NCBI GenBank assembly: GCA_943704415.1
Contig: CALSCO010000090.1
Location: 62,001 to 83,640 of the forward strand
Origin: Parvularia atlantis
Lineage: Eukaryota
Direction of reading: 5' to 3'
DNA: 21,640 nt
Shown: piece after piece, positions 1 through 10,970 of the stretch
Numbering within the stretch: the stretch's first letter is position 1
Layout: the number at the start of each line of letters is the position of its first letter
The notes under the pieces: generated by a model
Seen by the model: the letters and a program-made list of their open reading frames with translations, nothing else
Told to the model about the DNA's origin: nothing
Database searches by the model: none
Position numbers and translations under genes: made by a program

Positions 1-113
1 CTTTTTGCGCCGTGCCCGTGCGCCGACCGTGGGCAGCGGGCTGGCAACCAGCAGCACGACGCCGCCCGTGTGTGCACCGCGTCCCGCCCGTGGGCCGCGA
101 CCTCGTCTGCCCT

Positions 114-146
114 TCTCTCTCGCCCTCTCTCTCTCTCTCTCTCTCT
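114..146. repeat. (CT)n microsatellite upstream of the Skn7-like ATG
   Basis: Interrupted ctctct run seen directly. Confidence 0.85.
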
Positions 147-217
147 CGCCGCGGCACCGCCATCAGCTGACCCGCGGGGCCGTGCGCGCCGCAGCACCCT
201 CCGCCCCTCCGCGCCGA

Positions 218-230
218 ATGAGCACACGAC

Positions 231-270
<40 letters not shown>

Positions 271-337
271 CAATCCGCACCACGTCAGCCAGCCCTCAAC
301 CGTGGCCTTCTTCGAGCAGCAGCTGCGGCAACAGGCG

Positions 338-375
<38 letters not shown>

Positions 376-431
376 GCAGGCGCCGTACAGCGTCAGCAGC
401 AGCGGTAACCAGGGCGCGCCGCCCATGCGCC

Positions 432-465
<34 letters not shown>

Positions 466-3042
466 CCTCGCGCCGTCCGCGCTGCACCACCCCGAGCCCG
501 CCGACGACGCCTACGCCCCCGACTCGGCCGACTCGGGCGGCAGCGGCACGGCCCCCGCGGCGGGCGGCGCGGCCGGCAGAGGCGGCGTGTCCGAGTTTGT
601 GCGCAAGCTCTCGCGGTCCGCGCTCTCTTTTATTTCGCCCTCCTGTTGTCGCCCCGTGACGTGCTCACGGGCCCCCTCGCGCTTGCCCGCAGCATGCTCG
701 ACGACGAGAGCGCGGCGTCGGTCGTGTGCTGGTCGCCGGCGGGCAACGGGTTCGTCGTCAAGGTCCGCGCCGTTTCGCTCCGGCGGTCGCGACCATCGCC
801 GGCCGCTCACCGCCCGCGCGCGCGACTCACAGGACCAGGCCGCGTTCGCCCGCGACGTCCTCCCGCGCCACTTCAGGCACAACAACTTCTCGAGCTTCGT
901 GCGCCAGCTCAACAAGTACGGCTTCCACAAGGTCCTTGAGGCCAAGACCGGCGCCGAGGGCCGCGTCGCCTCGGCCGACCGCTGCGAGTTCCATCACCCG
1001 AACTTTGCGCGCGACGGCGGCGAGCTCACGCAGATCCGCCGGCGCACGCCCGCGCAGCGGCGCAACGAGGGTACGCAAGGGGCTTTGCCGTGTCACGGCA
1101 AAGCTGTCCGCTGCCCGCTGCTGACGCTGACGTGCTCGCCCCGCAGCCATCGTCGACACCCGGGAGGACGCGGACGAGCTGCGGCGCGAGACGGGCGAGC
1201 TACAGGCCCAGGTCGACACGCTCACGGGCTCGCAGCGCGAGATATCTCTGTACGTCCAGACCCTCGCCAACAGCTACGAGATGGTCGTGCGGGAGCTGCT
1301 CCACTTCAAGAAGACAATGGCCATGCAGGACCAGCTGATGCAGAACCTGCTGCAGTACCTCGTCAACAGGGAGAGCAACGGTGCGGCCGGGGGCCCCCGC
1401 GCGCGCGCCGTCAACAGCGACCTTACACTCGCACGTGCAGAGGACGGCTCGCGCAGCATTACCGACACGATCCCAGAGTCGCGGCACCTCATGGGCAACG
1501 ACCGCATACAGTCACGTGCGTCCCTGCTGCGCGCCCGCCACGCCGCCCGTCCGCCGCACTGACGCCGGCCGCAGCGTCATCGCTGTTCCTCAACCCGGCA
1601 AACATCACGGGCGGCTCGTCGGCCGCGGCCCGGGCGTCGTGGCCGACCCCGTTCAGCCAGCCGCTCAACGGAAACGGCATGGCGTCGGCCATCTCGCCGC
1701 GGTTCTTCCTCGCGGGCTCGTCGGCGCCCACGCCGCGCCGCGGCAACGGCGACACGCCCGCACAGCTGCCGATCTGGACGCCGTCCGAGGTGACCGCGTC
1801 GTACACGGAGCTCAACTACGGCGCGATCGCCGACGTGGCCAACGTGCGTCGCCTTGTGGCGCACGCCGCGCCGGGCCGCTGCCCGCTGAGCACGCGGGGG
1901 GGCGGGGGCGCAGGCGTCGTTGACGCAGATGGACGAGCTGTCGCGGCGCACACGCGCAGTCCGGAACACGGGCGCGCCCGACCAGTCGGCGGACGACTCG
2001 CTGACCGTCTGCACCGTGCGTGAACGTGGCACGCGCGCTCGTGCAGGCCACAGGTGCTGATCCTGGCCGCTGCGCAGGTCGGCATGCTCAGGCCACGCAG
2101 CCAGCCGGAGGTCGCAGCCGCCCCGCCCAACACGCTCCACGTCGTGCGTCAGACGTTCGTGCCCGCGTGGTCGGTCCCGCCCAAGGTGCGCACATCGCCC
2201 GGAGAGGCGCGCGCACGGAGGGCTGACGGCCGCGGCCCAGGTGCTTGTTGTCGAGGATGACGCCATGTGTTGCATGATCGCCTCCAAGCTGCTGCAGGTG
2301 CGGCCGTGACCGCCGTGCGCGCTCGGCTGCCCGCGAGCTGCTCACGCGACTCGCCGCGCGCCAGATCTGCGGCTGCCAGTACGAGATCGCGCACGACGGC
2401 CTCGAGGCCATCCAGAAGATGAATTTGGAGCGCTACGACATCGTGCTCATGGTGCGCCTCGCAGGCATGCGAACCCGTGGTCCGACGCTGACCGGGTGTG
2501 CGCGCCTGGCAGGACATCGTCATGCCCAACCTCGACGGCGTCTCGGCCACGTCGCGCATCCGCACGTTCGACTCGTTCACACCCGTCATCTCCATGACGT
2601 CCAACATCTCGCGCGATGACATCGCGCGCTACCTCAGCAGCGGCATGAACGACATCCTGCCCAAGCCTTTCTCGAAGAACACGGTGCGCGCGCACTGTGC
2701 CATACAGGCTCCGGCAGCTAACGGAACATGCGTCCGCGCAGCTCCTGTCGATGCTCGAGCGCTACTGCCAGCCGGAGACTAGGCCATGTGCGTGTCTTAC
2801 CTGCGCACGTGCAACAACAGCTGACTAGGGGTCCTCGCAGCCATCACCACGGTCGAGGCTCAGCTGGCCGGGTCGGCGAACGGGCATCCGCAGGCGTTCA
2901 TCGAAGAGGAGCGCGAGGACGAGACGGAGCGCGAGGACGACGAGGGCGCCGGAGGCGACCGGAGGCGACGCCGCATGTGCGTTTCGACGTCGCCGGCCGT
3001 GCGCGTGCTCACTGGCCCCCCCGGCGCCCTCGCAGCTCCTAG
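218..3042 (+). CDS. SKN7: Skn7/Prr1-like transcription factor: HSF DNA-binding domain + coiled coil + response-regulator receiver domain (multi-exon)
   Basis: ATG 218 (MSTRR, poly-G, poly-Q). Introns 616-692, 763-832 and 1071-1146 join an HSF domain: [66 protein letters not shown]. Coiled coil ...[12 protein letters not shown]. Receiver: [15 protein letters not shown]...[23 protein letters not shown]...PVISMTSN...[10 protein letters not shown]. The 3' end (TAG 3040-3042) is tentative; an alternative acceptor would stop at 3064. Confidence 0.9.
231..463 (+). repeat. Coding trinucleotide repeats: (GGC)n poly-Gly and two (CAG)n poly-Gln tracts
   Basis: GGC run at about 231-270 and CAG runs at about 338-379 and 434-463, in frame in exon 1 of the Skn7-like gene. 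Confidence 0.9.
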
Positions 3043-3197
3043 CAAGCAGATACGGACCGCGTGACAGCCACCCGCACAACTGACCAGCTACCAACGAAAA
3101 TCGACCGGACAAGCATTTTTTCCATCACCCCGACCGCCCTCACCGCCCCTCGCCCCTTCCCGCGCGCTGCACTTTCCCACCCGTTGCCCGTTCCTTT

Positions 3198-4088
3198 CTA
3201 ACCGCGTGCCGACCTTGTTGCTTTGCCTTTGAGAGCAGTTTTCACGCTGCCCGCCGCCGCACCCACGATGAAGCCGCCGGCCTCGAGCTGGCGTCGCGCG
3301 ACTTCGTTGATGCGCTTGAAGCGGTCGGGCCCGAGCTGGATGCCGCCGTACCAGCGCGAGACAACGACGCAGACGTCGTGCGCGTCGACAATGTCGAGCA
3401 GGTGCGCGAGCCGGCTGCCCGCGGCCGTCTCGCCGTCGTCGTCGTTGTCCTGGTGCAGCGCGCCCGTGTGCGGGTCACGGAAGCGGTAGGCGACGATGTT
3501 GTGCGTGGCCCGGGCGATCTTGCGATCGCTCTTGAGCCACGCGAGCATCGCCTGCACGTTGGCGGCCGACGTGACGCGCGCTGCGTGCGCCTGGAACACG
3601 CTGCGGCGGTCCTCGACGGGCTCGCCAGACGAGACGTCGAAGGGCGGTGGTCGGCTTGCTGCTGCTGACTGTGCAGGCGCAGGCGCGGATGATGGTGCTG
3701 CTGGTGCTGCTGCTGCTGATGGCGCCGTCGCTGCTGCGGTTGTGGCTGCCGTCGCTGCACGGGCCGCGTCCATCACCGCGTCCAGCTCGACGTCGGCCAC
3801 GGCCGCGCGGAAGCTGTCGATCGCCGCCGCCAGCACGCTCTCGCCCGGCAGCGGGTGGCGCCACGCGTCCTCGATCGCCGCCGCCATCTGCTCGAAGCGC
3901 TCGTCGCTGATCAGCCGCTGCGGGTCGTGCACCTCGTACAGCGGCGCGGCGTCGCCCGCGGCGCCCGCTGGCACCAGCAGATGCAGCGTCGGCAGCACCG
4001 TCCCCGGCGGCAGCGCGCCCGGCTGCAGTGGTTCGGGCGTGAACACGACGCGCTGCGCCCCGTCCACGTCCGTCTCGGTCGTCTGCAT
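3198..4088 (-). CDS. IMPACT: IMPACT/Yih1 family protein (divergent RWD-like N-terminus + UPF0029 'ancient' domain), apparently single exon
   Basis: EDRRSVFQAH, KIARATHNIVAYR, QDNDDDGETAAGSRLAHLL and VVVSRWYGGIQLGPDRFKRI are hallmark IMPACT motifs. PGESVL matches the end of an RWD domain. Start taken as ATG 4088 (MQTTE); ATG 4115 is an alternative. Confidence 0.9.
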   Translation of the reverse strand: MQTTETDVDGAQRVVFTPEPLQPGALPPGTVLPTLHLLVPAGAAGDAAPLYEVHDPQRLISDERFEQMAAAIEDAWRHPLPGESVLAAAIDSFRAAVADVELDAVMDAARAATAATTAAATAPSAAAAPAAPSSAPAPAQSAAASRPPPFDVSSGEPVEDRRSVFQAHAARVTSAANVQAMLAWLKSDRKIARATHNIVAYRFRDPHTGALHQDNDDDGETAAGSRLAHLLDIVDAHDVCVVVSRWYGGIQLGPDRFKRINEVARRQLEAGGFIVGAAAGSVKTALKGKATRSARG

Positions 4089-4113
4089 AAGGTGCGAACC
4101 AATTAATGACAGC

Positions 4114-5642
4114 ATGCTGGCGAACGCGCTCGGCTTGCCGGACGGCGTTCTCGTTGCGTGCCTTGCGCCTTGCTGCTCGCTGCAGCAGCTGCTCACTCTC
4201 TCTCTCTCTCTCTCGCGTGCGCGCAGACCGATCCGGCCGATGCAGCGTCGGCGCGCGTATCGCGGCTCGGCGGCGAGGCGGTGCGCGGCTTTGCGCGGGA
4301 GGGGCCAGCGATCGCGTGACTGATCGTTGCTCGACGCGAAGGTCTGGCTGGCGGCGGCGCGGCCTGACGGGGCGCAGACGCGCTGCGGCGTGTGCGGTGC
4401 GGAGATGCCGCAGATCGCGCAGGGTGCGTGCGGGCGACGGCGTGCGGTGCGGTTGGCTGAGGCGATCATGCAGTGTACGCGCCGCTCGAGACCCAGCGCG
4501 TGCTGCACGTCTTCGCGTGCAACAACAAGCGCTGCTCGGCCCGGCCCGGCAGCGTCATCGTGCTGCGCGAGCAGTTGATCGTCGAGGAGCGAGCGCCGCC
4601 GCCCGTTGAGATGACCGCGAACGAGGACGTCTGGCAGACCGACGACGACTGGACGCTGCCGGCCGCGCCGCCGGCCAGCGACGCGCGCGCCCTTGCGGAT
4701 GACGACGAGATCGAGCGGCTGCTGCGCGCGCGCGAGGCCGGTGCGCGTGAGCGGGCGCGGCAGCCGGCGCGGCCGTCGTACGCCAAGGCGGCTGCTTCCG
4801 TTGCACCTTCATCTGCACATGCACCTGCACCTTCATCTGCGCCAGCACCTGCACTCGCACCTGCGCCTGCGTTCGAGGCGTTCTACGTCGCCGTGGTCGA
4901 GGAGAGCCCCGCCGCGACCGACAAACGCGCGCGCGCGTACGAGCACGAGGCCCGTGCGTGCCGCGCGCGCCTCTTGTCCCTGGTGCGACTCAGACGCGCC
5001 CACGCCGCAGGGCTGCTGGCCGAGTACGAGCGCGTGCACGGGCGGGTGGGCGCCGGGGCGGACGACGACGACCTTGACCCGGACGACCACGGCCGCGCGA
5101 CCGGCGCCAAGCGCTTCCTGCCGGAGCGCTACGAGGCGAAGACGGGCTTCGGCGCGGCCGAGAAGACGCTGGTCAACTTCCAGCAGGCCGTGGCCCTGCA
5201 CCCGACGCAATGCCTGCGGTGCGGACCGGGTCTGCTGTGCCGCACACCGCGCTCACGTCGCCGCCCAGGTACGCCACAACGACCGACGCCGAGCCGCTGC
5301 GCTACACGGCCAAGGCCGAGCACAACCCGGCATGCGATGCGCTGCCGCGGTGCACACTTTGTGGCGCGCAGCGCGTCTTCGAGATGCAGGTTATGCCGGC
5401 GCTGCTGACCGTGCTCGACGTTGACGCGCCCAAGTATGCGCCGCCGACGAGGTGCGCCGCGCCGCATGCCGCCACCGCCGGTGCTCAGCGCGCGTCGCAG
5501 CCTGGGCGCAGACGACGTCGGGATGGAGTGGGGCACGGTGCTCGTGTTCTCGTGCGAGCGCAGCTGCCAGCCGGCCGGGCGAGGCGCGCCCGGCGAGTCG
5601 TTCGTGGTGGCGGAGCACGCGGTTGTGCAGCCGCTGTCGTGA
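4114..5642 (+). CDS. PDCD2L: PDCD2L/Tsr4-like protein (uS5/Rps2 chaperone family), multi-exon
   Basis: Spliced reading MLANALGLPDG..|..SRLGGEA|VWL..CGVCGAEMPQIAQVYAPLETQRVLHVFACNNKRC, then PDCD2_C motifs HPTQCLRY, CTLCGAQRVFEMQVMPALL and GMEWGTVLVFSCERSC. No MYND finger seen, favouring PDCD2L/Tsr4 over PDCD2. The donor of intron 1 is ambiguous. Confidence 0.85.
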
Positions 5643-5722
5643 CGGGCGCGGCAAACTTTGTTTCGAGACAGAGACACACGGGAGAGACGACGGGAAGGGT
5701 AGCGGGGTGCGCGCGGACGCGG

Positions 5723-8520
5723 TCACATGCGCAGGTGCGCGCGCACCATCCGGATGATCTCGCGCGACTCGGTCACGTAGTCGACCGGCGTCGCCCGCAT
5801 GACCTGCTGCTTGAGCCGGTCCTCGCCGTTGTACGACTCCTGCTTGGCGCGGATCTTGACGTGGTACTCGCGGAAGCTCGCGTTGGCGAAGACGAGCTGG
5901 TACGTAGCCATGTCCTGTGCACGCGCACACCCGTTGAGCATGCACGTACACGCTCGCACGGCGGGACGTTGCGCACGCACCTCTCGCCGCAGCGTCTCCA
6001 TCTCGCCCGCCTTCTTGCCGATCACCTGCTCGCCCAGCTCGTTGAAGATGGTGGCGTACGTGCTGCCGCTCATGTCGGACAGGGTCACGTTGAGAATGTA
6101 CCTGCGCGCCGCGTGAGCCCGCCGTCGCCGCACGGGCCAGGACGCACGCGCGCGCGCGCGCGCGCGAGCGCACCGGTAGTCGCACTGCTGGGAGCGCTTG
6201 GCGCACTTGTCGCAGAAGTACGAGCTCGGGCCCTCCTCGATCACCTTCTTGTTGCAGCCCTCGGTCGGGCAGGCCATGTACGAGATGTTCTCGACGCGGA
6301 ACTGCGTGATGTAGCACCGGTTGGCGTAAAAGTCCGGCTGACGACGCGGTGCGCGCGCGTTAGGCTCCAGCGCAACAGCGTGCCGGACGCACCTTGCTGT
6401 TCGTGCCCAGATTCTCGTTCTTGGCCTGCAGCAGCGTCTTGTACACGTCCATGCCGCCGGCCCCGCCAGCCCGCCCCGCACCGCCGTCCGAGATCGACTT
6501 GAACGTCATGGCGCTGCGTGCGCGACGCCACCGGTGAGCCGCCCATGCGCACGCGGCACCCACGCAAGGGAGCTCGGCCAAACGCACTTGCCGATCTGTG
6601 CATACCACGTGCGCAGCTCGCGCGCCGCGGGCAGGTCCGGGTCGACCTGGACAAGCGACGTGTTGATGGTCGAGAGCGATCGCCCTGGTACGCGGCGTGA
6701 GCACGGCGTGCAGGCCGCTGCGGGAGACGCACCGTTGAAGTCCGACACGCGCACACTCTTGACTGCCACGACCGGGTTGCCGGTGTGGTCAAACGTCTCG
6801 GCGATCTGGTTCCAGAGCGTCAGCTGGACCATGCGGCCCGACTGGTCCACGAGGCTGATGTTGCGCCTTGGCACGGTCTTTTGCGTCGCCTTGGCCGTGA
6901 TCGACCCGAGCTCCTCGATCGTGCGGACCACGGCGAGCACGTCTGCGTACGCGCGCGCGCGCACGGGCTCAGCGGTGTGCGTCGCCGCACCGACGGCGCC
7001 GCACCAACGGCCGCGTCCTTCTCGGTCTGCTCGATCTGGTCAATCGTGACAAAGTCGTAGCGGATCGAGGGGATGTTGTCGGCGTTGTCCTCGCACTTAG
7101 CGACACGCGACGTGAGCACGCACGCGCCGCACACCCGCGCAACGACGGACGCACGAGCTTGACAAGCGAGTTGTTCTCGAGCTGAATCTCATAGTCGTGC
7201 TTGAGCAGGTTGAACGGGCGCCGGGCCTGCTTGAGCGACCCGCGCGAGATGTAGTACACCTTGCCCTTCTCGATCATCTCGGCGGTGCGCGTCGCGACGT
7301 CGTTGAACGCCGTCACGCGGATCTCGCCCTGCGGCGCCCGTCAGCACACGAGCACACGTGCACACACACGCGCACGGCCGGGCCGCACCGACGCGTCGAG
7401 CATATCGAACGAGAACAGCTTGCCCTCGCCCTTGGCGTTGTGGTACGACCGTAGCTCCGACTTGCTCGTGACGCGCGCCTTGATCGTCCACCTGGCCCAG
7501 ACCGGCGGCCCAGACCGGCCGCCCCCGATCAGCTGTCTGCGCACGCGCGCGCATGTCCGCACCGGTTCTGGTACGGGTTGAGGCTGATGATCGGGAAGAC
7601 GTTGACAAAGTCGTCCTCGCTCATCGACATGCCGCGCGGCGCCGTGTTGCCAGACCTGCGCACAGTGCGTCAGCGGCCGACGGACTCCGTGCGCACGCGC
7701 TGGCCCCACGCCACCGCAGCACGTTGTTGGCCGCCGTCAGCGCGCTCGCCGTGAACCCGGCCGCTGATGACGTTGCCGCCGCGAACGGCGCATTGGTGCT
7801 CGTCATCGCCGCGGGCGCGCGCCAATAGTCGCCGCCAAAGCCGGTCGCGTCGGTGCCGGCGCGTGCGGACGCGACATTCGTTGCCTGCTGCTGTTGCTGC
7901 TGGTGCAGCGCGGGCGCGGGCCGCGATGCTGCCGTGCTTGGTCAGCATCTGCTGTCGCGGCGATCGCCGCGATTGCCGCACCGACGGGCGCGGGCGCGGG
8001 CTCGTGCGCGGGGGCCGCAGCGCCTTGCTGCTGCTGCTGCTGCTGCACGGCGGCCGTGTTCTCGATGCCCTGCGGGTTGCCGATCTTGGGCGACTGTGTG
8101 TCGAGGATCTGCAGGTCAAGAACGATGATGATCCTGCGCATCACGCGCGCGCCGTCAGCGGGCCAGGCGGCGTCGGGGCGGCAGCACGCGCACTTGCGGC
8201 CGGGCTGGACGGCGTTGCAGATGTACTTGCGCAGGCTGACGATGCAGTTGGTCGGCAGCTCGTCGTTGGCCGCGAGCGCGTTGAGCTGCGTGCCGAGGAT
8301 CGCCTGCATCGCGTGCGCCCCGTCCGACAGCAGCAGCCTTGCGCTCCGCGTCAGCCGCCGTTGCTATCGACAGCAGCGCGCACCGGTAGCGGTCGGGCGC
8401 GTCGGCGCGGGCCTCGGTGCGCGCCGTGACCTTGCGCAGGTTCGAGACCTGCAGCACCGGCAGCGCGACCTCGGCGCCGGCGTAGATGTCGCGGATGGCG
8501 TTGGCGGTGAGCGCGACCAT
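5723..8520 (-). CDS. RPA1: Replication protein A 70 kDa subunit, about a dozen introns
   Basis: N-terminal OB fold (MVALTANAI..PVLQV..DRYR|LLLSDG..MQAILGTQLN). DBD-A (FPIISLNPYQNRWTIKARVTSKS..GEGKLFSFDMLD). DBD-B (NISLVDQSGRMVQLTLWN..VAVKSVRVSDFNGRSLS). DBD-C zinc finger (YMACPTEGCNKKV..YFCDKC). Stop TGA 5723-5725. Confidence 0.95.
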
Positions 8521-8649
8521 GGTCCCTCTCCTGTCTGCACGTGACGCGCGCGCGCCCCCCGCGTCAGCGCGCGGCCCGGTGTCGTGTGGCGCGAGCAGCG
8601 AGTGTGTGAGAGAGAGAGAGAGAAGCAGCGGGTGACCGGCAGCGGCAAA

Positions 8650-8682
8650 GTGGCGCGCGACAGGCGCCACTTGGCGCGCAAA
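8650..8682. promoter_or_regulatory. Possible E2F-type elements upstream of RPA1
   Basis: TGGCGCGCGA (8651-8660) and TTGGCGCGCAAA (8671-8682), 130-160 bp upstream of the RPA1 ATG. Motif match only, in a GC-rich background. Confidence 0.35.
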
Positions 8683-8804
8683 GCACACGTCACCCGGGTA
8701 GCCGCTAAGGCGCTTTGTACATATGCCCTTCCACTGTCACTGAGTTCTGCCAAGTTCGCCAACTTAACGCTCGATGTTACAGGCTTCTTCCACGTTCTCC
8801 CGCA

Positions 8805-10902
8805 TCACTTGAAGCCGCGCCCCTGGATGTCGACCTGGTTCGGCCGCGCGCCCTTGGCCGGCTCCTGCGCGCGCTTGACCGTGATCGACACCTGCACGGG
8901 CTCGCTCCCGTCCCCGCTCGGCAACTACACGCACGGGTGTCAGCGAGCGTGCGGCTGCAAGGCGAGAGCCGGGCACGCACGCGGGTGCGCGAGCGGATAA
9001 AGTCAGCGTCGACGTCGGTCGCGAAGCGAAACACGGGCCGCTCGATTAGCCGCGCGCGGTCCGTCTCACGCGCCGACCGCGTGTCACGCAGGGTCAGCGG
9101 TTCGGTCTCGTCGGAGCGGTCACCCGTGCTGCGCGCGCCGCGAATGCTCAGCCGTGCCACCAGACCGCGCCGCACAAGCGAGCCGAACCTCACGCGCCGC
9201 AGCGCTGGTGGCCGGTGGATGTCCGGGTTGCCCTTCACGGCGATCTCGCTCCACTGGTCTGCGCGCGCGCACGGCCCGGCTATGTCAGCGCGCGACGGCA
9301 CAGCACGGCGCGTCGACGCACTGACAAGCCGCTGCGCGACCACCTTGTTCTCCGGCACCTCGCGCGGGTTGCGCAGCAGCGCCACGACGACGTGGCCGAT
9401 CTTGCTGCGCTTGACGCAGTCGAGAGACTTGCCGCTCTTGGCAAACTGGCTCTGCGCACGCAAAGGCCGCGGGGTATCAGACGACAGCGCGTGCGAAATG
9501 AACGGCCTGCCTCGAGCAGCGCCTTGAGAATGCGCGAACGGATCTCCATGTTGGGCATGACGACCGCGCGCTTGACGTCGTTGCCCTGCGCTGCACGCAT
9601 CGGCACGCGCTCGCACGATGAGCTGGCGCCTGCCGCGCACCTGCACCGTCTCGACGATGACCGGCGTGAGCCACTCGCCGCACGCCGTCAGCAGCGTCGT
9701 CAGCGGCGAGTCGGCCTCCTGCGACTCGTCCATGAGCGTCTCGTACGTCTCTTGGCTGCGCGTGCGCGTGCGTGGGCGTGCTTCAGTCGCTGCACGGGGC
9801 AAGCGCGTGGACGTGCGCATACCTCTGCAGCATCATCACCACGGCAGACAGCATCATGTGCCGGCTGCGCGCGGGCTGGCCCATCCGAATCTTCCGCTCG
9901 TCCTCGGCGTGCGCCTCGCGCATTTTGACCACAAGGTTGTCCACGCGGTCCTGTTCCTCCTCCTGTGCGCTCATGCCAGTCAGCGCGGCGCGGCGTGTGT
10001 TTCGTGCAGCAGCAGCACGTACGATCGTGAGACGCTTGCGCCGCTTGGGCACCTTGGGCTTGGTGACGCGGTCGCGGACGACGAGCGAGCCCTCCTTGTA
10101 CTTGGCTGCGTGTGGCACATGAGCGCCCTTGCAAGCCACGCCCGCGCCACACACTCGTTCGCCGCGCCTTCTTGCCGCTGGCCGCCGGATCGTCGCGGCC
10201 GCGCCGCTTCCGGCCCTTGCCCCTGCGCGTGCGGCGGTGAGCGGTGTCTGCAGCGACACAAGCGCGTGCACGCACTGCTCGTCGCGCCCTGCCGCAGCAC
10301 GGTCGTCCTCGTCCTCGTCCTCGTCCTCGGACGCGAACCGGTCGCGCTCGACCGCGACCTCGCCCCCACTGGCCATGCTGAACGCGCGCACGGCGGCGAG
10401 CTTGAGGTCGAACTCGTCCGGCTCGTCGTCCTCGGCGTCGACTGCGCGCGCCTCGTCCCCGTCAGCGACGCGCACGCACGGACCGCGCCCAGCGCACGCA
10501 CGGTCAAAGCCCTTGAACGACGCCTCGGCCTCGGCGCCGTCCTCGTCGTCGTCGTCAAAGAAGCCGCCGGCGCGCCGCTCGGCGCCCAACGCGCCAAACA
10601 GCGACGTCTTCATCTCGCCTGGCGCACGCGCGTGAGCCGCACACGCGCATCGGGCGGGCGGGCAGGCGGGTGAGCGGGCGGCACGCACGGGCGCGCCGTT
10701 GCTCGAGGTCCTCGCCGGCCTCTGCCGTCTGCAGCTGCTCCTGCGATGGTGCTGCCTCGTGCTGTTCCTGCTGTTCTGGTTGATCGTGCTGCTCCTGCTG
10801 TTCTGGTTGCTCTGGCTCATCGTGCTCCACGTGCTCGACGGGCGCGACGTGAGCCGGCTGCTCGTCGCGCTCGTCCGCGTCCGCCACACCCTCGCCGTCC
10901 AT
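8805..10902 (-). CDS. IWS1: Transcription elongation factor IWS1/Spn1 (acidic N-terminus + TFIIS-N-like domain), multi-exon
   Basis: Acidic N-terminus from ATG 10902. Core VDNLVVKMREAHAEDERKIRMGQPA..MLSAV, GEWLTP, MPNMEIRSRILKALL, CVKRSKIGHVVVALLRNPREVPENKVVAQRLV..QWS. C-terminal NQVDIQGRGFK* (TGA 8805-8807) resembles the conserved IWS1 'SIEG' tail. Confidence 0.82.
10757..10810 (-). repeat. 2 x 27-bp coding tandem repeat (QPEQQEQH[D/E]) in IWS1 exon 1
   Basis: tcgtgctgttcctgctgttctggttga / tcgtgctgctcctgctgttctggttgc, 25 of 27 positions identical. Confidence 0.8.
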
Positions 10903-10970
10903 CGCGTGCGGCGCCCGATGTGGCGCCCGTCCGCCACACCTTCCCTCCTATCGCCCGCCAAGCGCACAGC

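Noticed and set aside
5..2023. 672-aa ORF as a single protein
   Set aside because: It reads through introns in stop-poor GC-rich DNA; only parts match the HSF protein and the real gene is spliced.
3672..4853. Identical APSSAPAPA peptide in the IMPACT (3672-3698) and PDCD2L (4827-4853) linkers, forming a 23/27 inverted repeat
   Set aside because: Low-complexity Ala/Pro/Ser linker; chance convergence is sufficient.
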